32,000 nt of DNA, from contig CAYZHY010000014.1 in NCBI GenBank assembly GCA_964477525.1, forward strand, positions 9,501-41,500, read 5' to 3'. Position 1 is the stretch's first letter; each line of letters starts with the position of its first letter. Below the pieces are notes generated by a model. The model ran no database searches, was not told the DNA's origin, and saw only the letters and a program-made list of their open reading frames with translations. The position numbers and the translations under genes are program-made. This document shows positions 1-11,173 of the stretch, piece after piece. Source of the DNA: an uncultured Geitlerinema sp. (GTDB lineage: Bacteria; Cyanobacteriota; Cyanobacteriia; Cyanobacteriales; PCC-9228).

Positions 1-39
1 TGGGGGATAGAAGGGAGAACTCCCCTTAGGATGGTCTAT

Positions 40-714
40 TTAAGCAACGGTCCAAAGTTTTCCCAGCGGAGATTTTTTCATCCAATCCAGAAATTGTTTT
101 TTTTCCGATGCTTCCATATCCTCCAAGATATCCAAAGCCCGCTCTGTAAAACTAGCATTTCCAAAGTAGGATTTGCCCAAACGGTGCAGTTCTTGCAGCA
201 AGGTAATTAGGTGGTGTTCCTGCCAGTTGGGAACTGAAGGATCTTCGAGAGGGTCGATTTCCAGCCACTTTTTCACCTGTTGAGGTTGTTCGGCTTGGGG
301 AAAACGCCACTGGCTGAGTATGTTCGCCAGTTCTTTTTGAAAGGAACCAGCTTGCCGCTTACCAAGCAAATCCTCCACATCGAAATAGACAGCTTGTAAC
401 AAGAGCAAGCAAGCTTGCGTAAAGAAAGGAGCTACATCACCGCTAGCGCCCGCATGCAGGTTTTCTTTGAGCTGTTCGATACGAACTTTGCCCCACACAC
501 TATAGCGGTCTTCTTCTTCTAACAGTACGCAAGCCTTCCCCCGGTTATCGGTCAGTTCCCGCCAAAAGGCCCTGGCTTCATCAGCTTGCTGGGTGTTAAA
601 AACTGTAATCAGGCGAAATGTTTGTCCCTGATAGTTCAAAATTGGAATTTGCTGACCGCTTTTGGGGTGTTGAACGCTAGAAACTTCAACATCCTGCTGT
701 TTCAGAATAAACAT
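40..714 (-). CDS. Conserved cyanobacterial hypothetical protein (resembles the Npun_F0813-type family)
   Basis: 224-aa uninterrupted ORF. N-terminus MFILKQQDVEVSSVQHPKSGQQIPILNYQGQTFRLI resembles a cyanobacterial conserved family from memory; no search was run. Confidence 0.7.
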   Translation of the reverse strand: MFILKQQDVEVSSVQHPKSGQQIPILNYQGQTFRLITVFNTQQADEARAFWRELTDNRGKACVLLEEEDRYSVWGKVRIEQLKENLHAGASGDVAPFFTQACLLLLQAVYFDVEDLLGKRQAGSFQKELANILSQWRFPQAEQPQQVKKWLEIDPLEDPSVPNWQEHHLITLLQELHRLGKSYFGNASFTERALDILEDMEASEKKQFLDWMKKSPLGKLWTVA

Positions 715-933
715 GACACTTTAAAGAGACTCCTCAACGAGCCAGAAGTGCACTAATCACGATGCAAGAGCAATTCAATAAAATTGCTATCAATAGCATC
801 ATTCCCCTAACTTAACTAGGTGTTACATGCAGTTGCCCAACTTGACTCAGAGCCAGGCGATCGCCCGTCGAATTGACGTTGATACTTCGATCTATCTTAG
901 TCCATAACGCAACGTTGTCTGAATAGTTTGGTG

Positions 934-971
934 GCATGGGAGCATGGGAGCATGGGGGCATGGGGGCATGG
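934..971. repeat. Short tandem octamer repeat GCATGGG(A/G), about 4.75 copies
   Basis: Read directly: gcatggga gcatggga gcatgggg gcatgggg gcatgg. Confidence 0.9.
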
Positions 972-1127
972 TCGAAAACAATTCATTGTACTTTATCTAT
1001 GTACTTTTCTATCTTCCACGCTCGGTACGCGCGATCGCCTTCAGCTACAGACTTGCCTTATCCCCCCATAGCTGGGTATAATTGAACCGGCGCAATGGCA
1101 GTTGTTGCTTAAAAACGACCCTTGCGA

Positions 1128-1200
1128 GGGTGCGTAACTCAGGCGGATAGAGTAGCTGCCTTCTAAGCAGCGAGTCGCAGGTTCGAGTCCTGCCGCACCC
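1128..1200 (+). tRNA. tRNA-Arg (anticodon TCT)
   Basis: Acceptor stem GGGTGCG/CGCACCC; anticodon arm CTGC-CTTCTAA-GCAG; T arm GCAGG-TTCGAGT-CCTGC; 73 nt. Confidence 0.95.
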
Positions 1201-1388
1201 GTGTTTTTTTTCTAGAAACCAAACAGCGATCGCTTCGTGCATTCAGCTCGTTGATTGCTATTTTATTTGTTGATCGGTACCTTCATACTTTTTTTAGAGG
1301 AGGATGGCTGCTAACAATCCCCCCTTTCCCGTAAAATAGCAGGGTGACATCGATCGCTTTTTGCTATCGCGCATCCTAATCAAACTTT

Positions 1389-2972
1389 ATGGATTTTTCT
1401 GCAATTTCCGCACAGCTGAATGTCGGCGCTATTTTGCCAGAAAGTATCGTTGTGGGAACCCTGTTGCTGGTTCTCATTAGCGATTTAATTATGGGGCGTT
1501 CCTCTTCGCGATGGACCCCTTACCTAGCGGTGGCTGGCTTGTTGGCTGCCATGGTTTCCCTGTTCTTTCTTTGGGATAGTGCAGAACCCATTGCCTTTTT
1601 GGGTAGCTTCAGCAGCGATAACCTCAGCATTATCTTTCGTGGCATCATTGCCCTCTCGACTGTCTTTACGATTTTGATCTCGGTCTCCTATGTGGAGCGT
1701 AGCAGTACGTCGATGGCTGAGTTTATCGGCATTCTGCTCGCTGCTACCCTGGGAGCGATGTTCCTGTCGGGAGCCAACGAACTGGTCGCTGTTTTTATTT
1801 CCCTGGAAACTTTGAGTGTGTCTTCGTATATCCTCACCGGATATATGAAACGCGATCCCCGTTCCAACGAAGCGGCTTTGAAATATCTCTTAATTGGAGC
1901 GGCCAGTTCGGCGATTTTCCTGTACAGTGCCTCGCTGCTATACGGTTTCTCCGGCGGGGAAACCAACTTAGGGGAAATTGGTGCCAGTTTGGCAGCTACC
2001 AGTGGTGACAATTCCCTGGTTATTATTATCGCCTTAGTGTTCGCGATCGCGGGCATCGCGTTCAAAATTTCTGCAGCTCCTTTCCACCAATGGACTCCTG
2101 ACGTATACGAAGGGTCTCCCACCCCGGTGGTTGCCTTCTTGTCTGTCGGTTCCAAAGCGGGCGGTTTTGCCCTAGCCATTCGCCTGTTACTCTCCATTTT
2201 TCCCGCTGTCAGCGAACAGTGGCACTTTATTTTCACTGCCCTCGCCATTCTCAGCTTGGTTTTGGGCAACGTGGTGGCTTTGGCACAAACCAGCCTCAAA
2301 CGCATGCTGGCGTATTCTTCCATCGGTCAAGCCGGCTTTTTGATGATTGGGTTGATTGCCGATACGGAAGCTGGCTATTCCAGCACCATTTTCTACCTGC
2401 TGGTTTACCTGTTCATGAACTTGGGAGCTTTCGCCGGCGTTATTCTGTTCTCCCTACGTACTGGAACCGACCAAATTAGCGAATACGCGGGATTGTATCA
2501 AAAAGACCCCTTGCTCACGGCTGCTTTGAGCATTTGCCTGCTGTCTCTCGGCGGCATTCCACCTTTGGCTGGTTTCTTTGGCAAACTGTATCTATTCTGG
2601 GCAGGTTGGCAAGCCGGTTTGTATTTTCTAGTATTTTTGGGATTGATTGCCAGCGTGGCCTCCATCTACTACTACATACGAGTTGTCAAAATGATGGTGG
2701 TCAAAGAACCCCAGGAAATGTCCGAATCCGTCCGCAACTATCCAACTGTTAGTTGGAGTTTGCCCGGCATGCGTCCGCTGCAAGTGGGACTGGTTCTGTC
2801 TATGGTCGCTGCTGGCCTTACCGGTATCTTATCCAATCCTATATTTACCATTGCCAATCGAGCAGTCACCCAAACCCCCTTGATGCAAAACACTGTGGCA
2901 CAAGTAGAATCAACCCAGAGCATGGCCAACCAATCCCAATCTCCTGAAGACATGGCTTCGAGTTCTCGGTAA
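1389..2972 (+). CDS. ndhB: NAD(P)H-quinone oxidoreductase subunit 2 (NDH-1 subunit NdhB)
   Basis: 527-aa multi-helix membrane protein; N-terminus [22 protein letters not shown] and motifs such as [36 protein letters not shown] are typical of NdhB. Confidence 0.95.
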   Translation: MDFSAISAQLNVGAILPESIVVGTLLLVLISDLIMGRSSSRWTPYLAVAGLLAAMVSLFFLWDSAEPIAFLGSFSSDNLSIIFRGIIALSTVFTILISVSYVERSSTSMAEFIGILLAATLGAMFLSGANELVAVFISLETLSVSSYILTGYMKRDPRSNEAALKYLLIGAASSAIFLYSASLLYGFSGGETNLGEIGASLAATSGDNSLVIIIALVFAIAGIAFKISAAPFHQWTPDVYEGSPTPVVAFLSVGSKAGGFALAIRLLLSIFPAVSEQWHFIFTALAILSLVLGNVVALAQTSLKRMLAYSSIGQAGFLMIGLIADTEAGYSSTIFYLLVYLFMNLGAFAGVILFSLRTGTDQISEYAGLYQKDPLLTAALSICLLSLGGIPPLAGFFGKLYLFWAGWQAGLYFLVFLGLIASVASIYYYIRVVKMMVVKEPQEMSESVRNYPTVSWSLPGMRPLQVGLVLSMVAAGLTGILSNPIFTIANRAVTQTPLMQNTVAQVESTQSMANQSQSPEDMASSSR

Positions 2973-3336
2973 CGATTCTCGCGATATTGGTTGTTTTTGC
3001 GGTCAGAAGCTACAGCAATCTCTTGGCTGGGCTTCTGGCTTTTTTTATGGCAAATTTTTGGCAAAAATGCCACGAGTCTGGCCGGCAAAACGTTCTAACA
3101 TGGGAATATACGCTCACCCATTTTGGTTCTAAGGTCGTTGAACTGTAGGGTGGGCAATGTCCCCCTACGAGCGCGTTTAGTTTCATTTTGTAGCTATAGC
3201 AATGGTCCCAAGAACCGGTGCCTTTGGCATCATCACTAAAGTTTCTAATTTGAAAACAATTTAGCCATTATGTTGCCCACCATTTTAGGCTAGACGCTCT
3301 ACTAGACACCCCACTGCCGCCATTGATTAAACTTTC

Positions 3337-3888
3337 ATGAACGTTGAGATTCTCTCCTCAGAGGAAATTCGCCGCACCATTACTCGTTTGTCCTCGGAAA
3401 TTATCGAACGGACAGCGGATTTAGAGCATTTGGCCCTTCTCGGCATTTACACCCGGGGCGTGCCTTTGGCTCATTTACTGGCAGAGCAAATCCAAGCCTT
3501 GGAATCAGTGGAAGTTTTCGTGGGGGCTCTCGATATTACCTTCTACCGCGACGATTTGGACCAAATTGGCTTGCGTACTCCTGCCAAAGATAATATTCCC
3601 CCCAGCATCAGCGGCAAAACCATTGTTTTGGTCGATGATGTAATTTACACCGGACGTACCATTCGCGCTGCTCTCAATGCCATTTACGATTACGGTAGAC
3701 CCCAAGCCGTACGTTTGGCTGTCTTGGTAGACCGCGGACACCGAGAATTGCCCATTCACCCGGATTTTATCGGCAAAAATCTACCAACTTCGAGAGACGA
3801 AAAAGTAAAAGTATGCCTGCAAAGTATTGATGGCAAAGATACTGTCGAACTACTGAAAACGCCTACTTATAGCAACTATCCTTTATGA
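3337..3888 (+). CDS. pyrR: Bifunctional pyr operon regulator / uracil phosphoribosyltransferase PyrR
   Basis: 183 aa; PRPP-binding motif [21 protein letters not shown] and [20 protein letters not shown] are characteristic. Confidence 0.95.
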   Translation: MNVEILSSEEIRRTITRLSSEIIERTADLEHLALLGIYTRGVPLAHLLAEQIQALESVEVFVGALDITFYRDDLDQIGLRTPAKDNIPPSISGKTIVLVDDVIYTGRTIRAALNAIYDYGRPQAVRLAVLVDRGHRELPIHPDFIGKNLPTSRDEKVKVCLQSIDGKDTVELLKTPTYSNYPL

Positions 3889-4949
3889 GCGAACCATCTG
3901 CCAATGCCAACGCTGCCGGTGAGGCACAAACCCAAACCCGCAAGGCAGACCACCTGCGTGTCTGTCTGGAATCCGACGTTCAATTTCGTCAAACCACCAC
4001 GGGATTGGAACGCTATCGTTTCGTTCACTGCTGTTTGCCGGAACTCGATGGTGCTGAGGTTGATTGCAGTACCAGCTTTTTGGGGAAATTTTTACAAGCA
4101 CCGTTGTTGATTTCTTCTATGACCGGCGGTACGGAAACTGCCAAACGCATTAACGAACGACTGGCAGAAGTAGCCCAATTCTATCAAATTGCTATGGGTG
4201 TAGGCTCGATGCGGGTGGCGCTGGAAAAGCCAGAAGTGGTGGATACGTTTGCCATGCGGCGGATTGCTCCCGATGCTTTGCTGTTTGCCAATTTGGGCGC
4301 GGTGCAGCTGAACTATCAATATGGGGTTGATGAGTACCAACGGGCAGTGGATTTGCTGCAGGCGGATGCGCTAATTTTGCATTTGAATCCGTTGCAGGAA
4401 TGCGTGCAGACAAACGGAGATGTTAATTTTCAGGGATTACTTGACAAAATTGCGGATTTATGTTCTAAGGTAAGCGTACCAGTGATGGCCAAGGAAGTAG
4501 GCAATGGCATTTCGGCAGCCATGGCACAGAAATTGCAGGCGGCGGGGGTAGCGGCTATTGATGTGGCTGGTGCTGGTGGCACTTCTTGGGCTAAGGTAGA
4601 AGGACAGCGTTCGTCGAATGTGAAATCCCGGCGTTTGGGACAAACGTTTGCTGACTGGGGATTGCCGACGGCGGAGTGTTTGGAAAACATTCACCAGTTG
4701 GATTTGCCGGTTTCGCTGATTGCTTCTGGTGGCATTCAAAATGGTTTGGAAGTTGCCAAAGCGATCGCATTGGGAGCCGATTTAGTAGGATTGGCCCGAC
4801 CCTTTCTCCAAGCGGCAGCCGAGTCTTCCGAAGCTGTCTATACGTTAGCGGATATTCTGATGGCAGAAATGAAAACAGCCCTGTTTTGTACGGGCAATGC
4901 CAATTTCCAACAACTGCGCCAATCCCAGTGTTGGGAAAAAATTCAATAG
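3885..4949 (+). CDS. fni: Type 2 isopentenyl-diphosphate delta-isomerase
   Basis: 354 aa; [47 protein letters not shown] and [12 protein letters not shown] are typical of IDI-2. Start overlaps the pyrR stop (ATGA). Confidence 0.93.
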   Translation: MSEPSANANAAGEAQTQTRKADHLRVCLESDVQFRQTTTGLERYRFVHCCLPELDGAEVDCSTSFLGKFLQAPLLISSMTGGTETAKRINERLAEVAQFYQIAMGVGSMRVALEKPEVVDTFAMRRIAPDALLFANLGAVQLNYQYGVDEYQRAVDLLQADALILHLNPLQECVQTNGDVNFQGLLDKIADLCSKVSVPVMAKEVGNGISAAMAQKLQAAGVAAIDVAGAGGTSWAKVEGQRSSNVKSRRLGQTFADWGLPTAECLENIHQLDLPVSLIASGGIQNGLEVAKAIALGADLVGLARPFLQAAAESSEAVYTLADILMAEMKTALFCTGNANFQQLRQSQCWEKIQ

Positions 4950-4975
4950 ATTTTAAATTGACTTGGTAAATTTTT

Positions 4976-6808
4976 ATGCGTAGCTTCTTCAAATATACGT
5001 TTGCCACTCTGGTAGGCAGTTTTGTAGGATTATTTCTATTTTTAGGCGTAGGTTTTGGCTCTCTTATATGGCTGATTGTTTCCACAGCCAGCAAAACGGG
5101 AGAACCCACCGTTGAAGATAAATCGGTTTTGGTTTTCGATCTATCGGCAAAAATTCGCGATACCCGACCGCAATTGAGCAGCCGCCAGGTGGTAGAAGGT
5201 GCTTTGGGTGAATCCGAAGATGAAAGCGTTCTTACATTGCGCAATGTTTTGCAAACGCTGGAAGCGGCGGCGGAAGATGACAAAATCGTGGGGTTGTATT
5301 TGCAGGGAAGCACTTCCGAAAATACGACCGGTTATGCCATTTTGCAGGAAGTACGCCAGGCTTTGGACGAATTCAGGGAATCGGGCAAACCCATCTACGC
5401 CTACGACCTGAATTGGAGCGAAAAAGAATATTATTTAGCTTCCGCTGCCAATAAATTGTTTGTCAATCCCACTGGTATGGTAGCGATTAACGGCTTTAGT
5501 TCCCGTACGACTTTTTACAAAGAGGCGCTGGATAAATACGGCATTGGCATTCAGGTAATTCGTGCTGGGGAATACAAATCGGCGGTAGAACCGTACCAAC
5601 GTACGGAATTGAGCGAGGCGAACCGCCAGCAAACCCAACAACTGCTCAACGATATTTGGCGGGAATTTCGGATAACAGCCAGCCAAAATCGCGAATTCGA
5701 CGCGCAAGGTTTGCAACAAGTAGCCAGCGAGTGGGGGTTGATCCAACCACAAACAGCGACATCAAAAAATTTGGTAGATGAGGTGGCTTATTTTGACGAA
5801 GTGACGGCGCAATTGCAAGAGCTGACCCAGCAAAGCAGCGAAGATACCACTTCGTTCCGGCAAGTGGGACTGGGAAAATACAAAAGCAGCCTCAACGATG
5901 GTTTGGTGGATGGTAGTGAGGAAGAAACCAACAACCAAGTAGCGGTGGTTTACGCAGAAGGAGCAATTGTTCCTGGTAGCGGTACTTTGCAGCAGGTGGG
6001 TAGCACTCGATTTAGCAAACAGTTACGTAAATTGCGCGAGGATGATAAGGTAAAAGCCATTGTCATGCGGGTTAACAGCCCTGGGGGCAGCGCTACAGCT
6101 TCGGAGGTAATTCAACGGGAAGTGAAACTTACCCAACAAAAGAAACCCATTGTGATTTCTATGGGCAATTATGCGGCTTCTGGAGGATATCTCATTTCTA
6201 CCTATGGGAGCAAGATTTATGCGGAACCCAATACGATTACGGGGTCGATTGGGGTGTATGGCTTGCTTCCCAACGTTCAGGAGTTGGGGAACGATTTGGG
6301 AATTACCTGGGATGGCGTGAAAACCAATCCATTTGCGGATTTAAATACGATTAGCCGTCCCAAAACAGAAGCAGAGATGCAAAAATTGCAGCAGATGGTG
6401 CAACAATCCTACGATCGCTTTTTGGCAGATGTTGCCCAAGGTCGGGGGTTGGAACGGTCAAAGGTAGCGGATTTGGCGCAAGGTCGCGTTTGGTCTGGGG
6501 TTCAGGCACAAAAGGAGGGATTGGTTGACGAATTGGGTGGTTTGGAAGATGCGATCGCGGAAGCCGCGTCAATGGCAGAATTGGACCAATGGCAGGTGCA
6601 GGAATATCCCAAACGGAGCAGTTTTGAAGAACGTTTGTTGAAACAATTCCTACAAAGTCGTGTCGGTGGGGATAACCCAGGTTCGCTGGTGGAAAGCCAG
6701 TTGCAGCAGGAGTGGCAGCGCCTCAAACAGCAAATGGAATTGCTGGCGACCCTCAACGACCCACAGCATATCTACGCTCTGATGCCTTATAAAATAGAAA
6801 TTGATTGA
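4976..6808 (+). CDS. sppA: Signal peptide peptidase SppA (67K type, protease IV)
   Basis: 610 aa; N-terminal hydrophobic segment; VMRVNSPGGSATASEVIQREV and MGNYAASGGYLISTYGSKIYAEPNTITGSIGVYG are SppA motifs. Confidence 0.93.
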   Translation: MRSFFKYTFATLVGSFVGLFLFLGVGFGSLIWLIVSTASKTGEPTVEDKSVLVFDLSAKIRDTRPQLSSRQVVEGALGESEDESVLTLRNVLQTLEAAAEDDKIVGLYLQGSTSENTTGYAILQEVRQALDEFRESGKPIYAYDLNWSEKEYYLASAANKLFVNPTGMVAINGFSSRTTFYKEALDKYGIGIQVIRAGEYKSAVEPYQRTELSEANRQQTQQLLNDIWREFRITASQNREFDAQGLQQVASEWGLIQPQTATSKNLVDEVAYFDEVTAQLQELTQQSSEDTTSFRQVGLGKYKSSLNDGLVDGSEEETNNQVAVVYAEGAIVPGSGTLQQVGSTRFSKQLRKLREDDKVKAIVMRVNSPGGSATASEVIQREVKLTQQKKPIVISMGNYAASGGYLISTYGSKIYAEPNTITGSIGVYGLLPNVQELGNDLGITWDGVKTNPFADLNTISRPKTEAEMQKLQQMVQQSYDRFLADVAQGRGLERSKVADLAQGRVWSGVQAQKEGLVDELGGLEDAIAEAASMAELDQWQVQEYPKRSSFEERLLKQFLQSRVGGDNPGSLVESQLQQEWQRLKQQMELLATLNDPQHIYALMPYKIEID

Positions 6809-6854
6809 TAGAAAGCTAGCAAGCGATCGCTTTAGCTGTTTCCAATAAAGTTTT

Positions 6855-6884
6855 GTCGGGTGGGTATTGCCCACTCGACTTTTA
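6855..6884 (+). terminator. Rho-independent-like terminator downstream of sppA
   Basis: GTCGGGTGGG-TATTG-CCCACTCGAC stem (one G-T wobble) followed by TTTTT. Confidence 0.7.
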
Positions 6885-6927
6885 TAAATTGACTTTTTCC
6901 AAGAAATTGCAGATTTGGATTAATTTC

Positions 6928-7221
6928 TCAATAGAGATGCTCTGGTTGCTGGTAATCTAAATAGGCATTTGCCGGTTCAAAATCGCTACAGTTAATCGCT
7001 TCTTCGGTAAAAGCATCCTTAGGGCGTACGGTGCATTTGAGTCGATAGTCTCCCGTACAAAAAGCACAGCGATCGCAAGGGATTTGATGTACGCGCTGTA
7101 TCTGGGCAATGCCTTTTTTGAGATTGCGCCAGAAAGCAGATAGCAGCAAACCTACAAACAACCAAGCAAACAAACTACGAAAAAGGACAAATAGATCGAA
7201 GCTCGTGTCAGCCATTACCAT
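6928..7221 (-). CDS. Conserved hypothetical, small membrane-anchored Cys-containing protein
   Basis: ORF 6928..7305; internal start MVMADTSFDLFVLFRSLFAWLFVGLLL is more plausible. Conserved-looking HQIPCDRCAFCTGDYRLKCTVRP segment. Confidence 0.6.
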   Translation of the reverse strand: MVMADTSFDLFVLFRSLFAWLFVGLLLSAFWRNLKKGIAQIQRVHQIPCDRCAFCTGDYRLKCTVRPKDAFTEEAINCSDFEPANAYLDYQQPEHLY

Positions 7222-7345
7222 AAATCTCCCAATATCAAACACTGTCAAACCAGACTCGCCAAATGGTTCGGTAGGGGTACTTACGCGAAGCACCCCTACT
7301 TTCAAGAGGCTCTATGGCAACCTTCCCAAAGCTAGTTAGCGAATC

Positions 7346-8422
7346 CTACCGAGAAGTGCCCACGGCTTCTTGGGAAGGAGAAGAAGCCACCACTTCCGAG
7401 GAGCGACCTTCCCAAAGTTGGGCAATCTTGCTGAAATCAACCCCAGCAGCGCGCAAAGCATGCCAGAGGTGACCTTGCAGGAAGAAAAAGGCAAGGAAAA
7501 AGTGAGCGTTAGCCAGCCAAGCACGAGGTGTATACGTTCCTGGTTCCAACTGTGCCGTATCTGCAAAATACGGGACAAAACTAACCTGCAATTCCAACGT
7601 GGGACCGTAAAATTCTGTGGGATAAGCCAGGGTATTGAAAGCGCAGAAAGCAGTCGCAACGAATCCTGCCAAGGCAATACCGCCCAACGAGTAAGACAAA
7701 ATGGCTTCTCCCGAGAAATTCAGCAAGCGTTTTGCCCAAGCAAAAGGTTCCTGCACGATGTGCCAAATTCCGCCTGCCAACAGCAAAATGGCAACGTAGA
7801 TATGACCGCCGACCAAATCCTCTAGATTATCAATCCAGAGAAAATCGGTTTGATAGCTGTAAATCACCCAAGGATTGAGGGTAGGATTGGTCACCTGACG
7901 CACCTCACCCAAATTGGGGTCGTAGAGACCACCACCAGCAGTAGCGTGGAAAACAAAGAGCAATGCACCCAATCCCAGAAAAATCAAATGGATACCGAGA
8001 ATCGACCCCAGTTTTTTCGGGTCGTTCCACTCAAAATGGAATTTGGCAGCGCCACCGGAAGCCTGTTTCAAATCGCTGGGAACGCGAACTTGGTGGAAGA
8101 AAGCACCCAATCCCAACACGCCAGAAGAAATCAGATGGACTACGCCTACCACATAAAAGGGATAGGTATCGATCGCTTCTGGACCTTCTGTCATTCCCAA
8201 GCCTAAAGCCGCCAAATGGGGCAACAGAATCAACCCCTGTTCGTACATGGGGGCTGCTGGGTTATACTGGGAGAGTTCGAAGAGGGTAAACGCACCTGCC
8301 CAAAACACAATCAGGGCAGCGTGGGCAATGTGGGCGGTGAGAAACGTACCGGATAAATTAGCCAGCCGGGCGTTTCCCGCCCACCATCCATATCGGACTT
8401 GAGAGTTTCCGTAAGTTTGCAT
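7346..8422 (-). CDS. CP43'/IsiA/Pcb-family chlorophyll a-binding protein
   Basis: 358 aa; [41 protein letters not shown], repeated GG.YDPN and LEDLVGGHI motifs, His-containing helices. Confidence 0.92.
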   Translation of the reverse strand: MQTYGNSQVRYGWWAGNARLANLSGTFLTAHIAHAALIVFWAGAFTLFELSQYNPAAPMYEQGLILLPHLAALGLGMTEGPEAIDTYPFYVVGVVHLISSGVLGLGAFFHQVRVPSDLKQASGGAAKFHFEWNDPKKLGSILGIHLIFLGLGALLFVFHATAGGGLYDPNLGEVRQVTNPTLNPWVIYSYQTDFLWIDNLEDLVGGHIYVAILLLAGGIWHIVQEPFAWAKRLLNFSGEAILSYSLGGIALAGFVATAFCAFNTLAYPTEFYGPTLELQVSFVPYFADTAQLEPGTYTPRAWLANAHFFLAFFFLQGHLWHALRAAGVDFSKIAQLWEGRSSEVVASSPSQEAVGTSR

Positions 8423-8442
8423 AAATGCCTCCTCAATGCAAG

Positions 8443-9843
8443 TTAGTTAATCGTGCCGCGAAAGATAGCGTCGATGGTTTCAAAGTTTTGCAAGAGAAAG
8501 TAAGCGACCCAAGCGCCGCCAACGCCACCAATCAGGAAGCTAGCGCGAAATTGGTTCCAATCTTGTTGGTTTTGCAGCCAGTAGAAGATGGTGCCTTCCC
8601 GGCAAGCAGCGAGAACGACGGTTACGATGGCGATAATGGCTACAGCCGCTAGCAAAGCCGTTTGGCGCGCCCAACTGGGTTCGGAAAGCGGACTGAGGGT
8701 GACAAACGGACCCACCAGGAAATAACCGTGGGCCATACCAATTTCCAGTCCGCGCCACATAGGCGATAAACCGCGACGGTAAACGGGCAAATTGGCCAAA
8801 AATATCAGCGTTGCTTCGCCGGAACCAGTAGCATTGGAAGCAAAGACACCGCGACGCATATCAAAGCCACCAGTACGCGATCGCACTCTGACCGCATGCC
8901 AGATGTGCCCCACCAACAGCAGCGCTGCCAAAACCACATGGGTAGTTGCCAGCCAAGTACGGGGCGTGACCGCACCATTGGCGGTTTCCGACCAACCCAA
9001 AGGTCCGTAAAACTCTACTGGATAAGCCAAATCATTGGTGGTGACAAAATAAGCCGCCAAAAATCCAGCATAGGCCAAAGCCCCCAGGCTGTAGGACAAA
9101 TAAGCTTCGCCGGACCAATACAGCACATCTCGCGCCCACTTGTAAGGCTTCGAGACCACGTGCCAAATGCCACCGACGACACACAAAAGTCCGACCCAGA
9201 TATGGCCGCCAACCAGATCTTCCAAGTTATCCACGGCAGCCATCCCTTCTGGACCTTGCACTCCTACCAGATAGCCGAAAATGCGGATGGGATTTAACGT
9301 CGGGTCGCTGACAGCGCGAACGGACTGGATATTGGCATCGTACAAACCACCAGCGTAGGTTGCCTTAAACGCCAGCAGCAACGCTCCCAGTCCCAGTAAA
9401 ATCAAGTGAATGCCCAAAATGGAGGTCATTTTGTCTTGGTCTTGCCAGTCGTAACCGAAAAAGCCAGGAATCGACTTCTCTTGCGGCAAAACCTCCGGAC
9501 CTAACAGAGCGTGGTAAACACCACCAGCTGCCAAAACGGCGGAACTCACCAAATGTAGGACCCCCACAACCAAATAGGGATAGGTATCCACAATTTGTCC
9601 GCCATCAGCAACGCCCCATCCCAACGTTGCCAAATGCGGCAGCAGAATCAGTCCTTGTTCGTATAAAGGTTCGCCGGGATGGTAACGAGAAAGTTCGAAG
9701 AGGGTAAACGCGCCTGCCCAGAAAACGATTAAGGCTGCTTGCGCCACGTGCGCTCCCAGCAATCTTCCGGAAAGGTTCGTCAAACGCGCATTGCCTGCCC
9801 ACCAACCGTAGGCTCGTTCTGGAACCGTGGTTGTTGCCGTCAT
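8443..9843 (-). CDS. IsiA/CP43'-like chlorophyll-binding protein with C-terminal PsaL domain (fusion)
   Basis: ORF 8443..9945 with likely start at [20 protein letters not shown] (9843). CP43' domain is followed by [38 protein letters not shown]...[20 protein letters not shown], a PsaL-like sequence. Confidence 0.92.
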   Translation of the reverse strand: MTATTTVPERAYGWWAGNARLTNLSGRLLGAHVAQAALIVFWAGAFTLFELSRYHPGEPLYEQGLILLPHLATLGWGVADGGQIVDTYPYLVVGVLHLVSSAVLAAGGVYHALLGPEVLPQEKSIPGFFGYDWQDQDKMTSILGIHLILLGLGALLLAFKATYAGGLYDANIQSVRAVSDPTLNPIRIFGYLVGVQGPEGMAAVDNLEDLVGGHIWVGLLCVVGGIWHVVSKPYKWARDVLYWSGEAYLSYSLGALAYAGFLAAYFVTTNDLAYPVEFYGPLGWSETANGAVTPRTWLATTHVVLAALLLVGHIWHAVRVRSRTGGFDMRRGVFASNATGSGEATLIFLANLPVYRRGLSPMWRGLEIGMAHGYFLVGPFVTLSPLSEPSWARQTALLAAVAIIAIVTVVLAACREGTIFYWLQNQQDWNQFRASFLIGGVGGAWVAYFLLQNFETIDAIFRGTIN

Positions 9844-10829
9844 AGCTTCGTGCCTCCTAATGCCTGCATGCGAGCGCGAATGGCGTGCCAAATATGGCCG
9901 GCTAAGAAAACAGCCGCCAAAGCTATATGGGCTGTCGCCAGCCAAGTGCGTGCGGTTACCGTACCGGATGCCTCTTGCAAGCCGACGGGGCCGTAAAAGA
10001 CTTCTGGATAGGCAAAGTCGTTGACAGTAACGAAATAAGCTGCCAAAACACCCATATAAGCCAAAGCGCCCAAACTATAGGAAAGATACGCTTCCCCGGA
10101 CCACACGAACAGACGTTTGGCCCAACCAAAGGGTTTGCTGGCGATATGCCATAAGCCGCCAACAACGCAGAGAAAGCCGATCCAAGCGTGACCGCCAACG
10201 AGGTCTTCTAGGTTGTGGACCGCTGCCATACCGGCGGTGCCTTGACTGCCCACCAGATAGCCGAAAATCCGAGCTGGGTTGAAGGTGGGTTGGGTGACCA
10301 CCCGTACTGCTTCTGCATTGGGGTCGTACAAACCGCCCCAAAACATGGCTTTGGTGACCAGCAACCAAGCACCCAGTCCCAGCAAAACTAGGTGAATGCC
10401 CAGAATGGTGGTCATTTTGTTGGTATCCTGCCAGCTGTAGCCGAAAAAGCCAGCAAAGGTATCGTCTCGCGACAGTACCCGCGGACCGAAAACGGCGTGG
10501 TAAATGCCACCAGCGCCCAAGACGGCAGAACCAACTAGATGCAAAATGCCAATGACGAAGAAGGGATAGGTATCTGCAATTTCTCCGCCGTCAGCAACAC
10601 CCAATCCTAGGGTGGCTAGATGCGGCAGCAGAATCAATCCTTGTTCGTACATGGGTTGTGCTGGGTTGTATTGGGCGAGTTCGAAGAGGGTAAAGGAACC
10701 TGCCCAAAAGGTGATTAAACCGCTGTGTGCGACGTGCGCGCCCAACAGTTTGCCCGATAAATCTGTAAAGCGAGCGTTCCCTGCCCACCAACCGTAGTTG
10801 GATTGCGAAGGTAACGTGGTTGTACTCAT
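9840..10829 (-). CDS. isiA: IsiA-like iron-stress chlorophyll-binding protein (CP43')
   Basis: Likely start [26 protein letters not shown] at 10829 preceded by GGAGG. CP43' motifs throughout. Stop overlaps the start of the downstream fusion gene (ATGA). Confidence 0.85.
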   Translation of the reverse strand: MSTTTLPSQSNYGWWAGNARFTDLSGKLLGAHVAHSGLITFWAGSFTLFELAQYNPAQPMYEQGLILLPHLATLGLGVADGGEIADTYPFFVIGILHLVGSAVLGAGGIYHAVFGPRVLSRDDTFAGFFGYSWQDTNKMTTILGIHLVLLGLGAWLLVTKAMFWGGLYDPNAEAVRVVTQPTFNPARIFGYLVGSQGTAGMAAVHNLEDLVGGHAWIGFLCVVGGLWHIASKPFGWAKRLFVWSGEAYLSYSLGALAYMGVLAAYFVTVNDFAYPEVFYGPVGLQEASGTVTARTWLATAHIALAAVFLAGHIWHAIRARMQALGGTKL

Positions 10830-10857
10830 GGATGAGGACCTCCTCAACGGTGGCTCA

Positions 10858-10880
10858 TTGTTGAAAAAAATATTCAACAA
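10858..10880. repeat. Perfect 8-bp inverted repeat TTGTTGAA-N7-TTCAACAA in the isiA leader
   Basis: Read directly; about 29 bp upstream of the isiA-like start codon. Confidence 0.8.
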
Positions 10881-11117
10881 CCTTGGGTATCCATTCAAAC
10901 TTTATTGGCAAAAATTTGCAAGTGGTTTTGAGTAAAGTTTTGTAAAAATTCTCCCAGAAAGCCAGGTGTTTGTGTAGGGGCGCAACGCGCGATCGCCCCT
11001 AACAGGGCAATTGAGACATTTTAGACAATCGTTGTTTTTCAGAACTGGTGTAATACCAAATCCGTCCTGCGAAGACCCGAAAAAATTTACCACATTCGAC
11101 CTGCAGTCTTCTTCGGT

Positions 11118-11168
11118 CTCCTCCCACTCCTCCCACTCCTCCCACTCCTCCCACTCCTCCCACTCCTC
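11118..11168. repeat. 9-bp tandem repeat CTCCTCCCA, 5 full copies plus a partial copy
   Basis: Units at 11118-11126, 11127-11135, 11136-11144, 11145-11153, 11154-11162, then CTCCTC. Confidence 0.95.
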
Positions 11169-11173
11169 GTTTT

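Noticed and set aside
1045-1242. Minus-strand 65-aa ORF (…GCGRTRTCDSLLRRQLLYPPELRTL…)
   Set aside because: It is the antisense translation of the tRNA-Arg gene, a well-known spurious ORF pattern.
1688-2323. 211-aa ORF antisense to ndhB
   Set aside because: Shadow ORF opposite a strongly supported conserved gene; no recognisable motifs.
3149-3281. Inverted pair GGTGGGCAA ... TTGCCCACC downstream of ndhB, possible MITE
   Set aside because: Only 9-bp arms with no clear target duplication; similar GGGTGGGCA words recur in other intergenic regions of this window.
4591-5313. 240-aa minus-strand ORF across the fni/sppA junction
   Set aside because: Overlaps two well-supported genes and has low-complexity, non-protein-like composition.
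7370-8206. Plus-strand ORFs opposite the IsiA-family genes
   Set aside because: Antisense shadows of conserved chlorophyll-binding genes. An IsrR-like antisense RNA is possible but cannot be supported from sequence alone.
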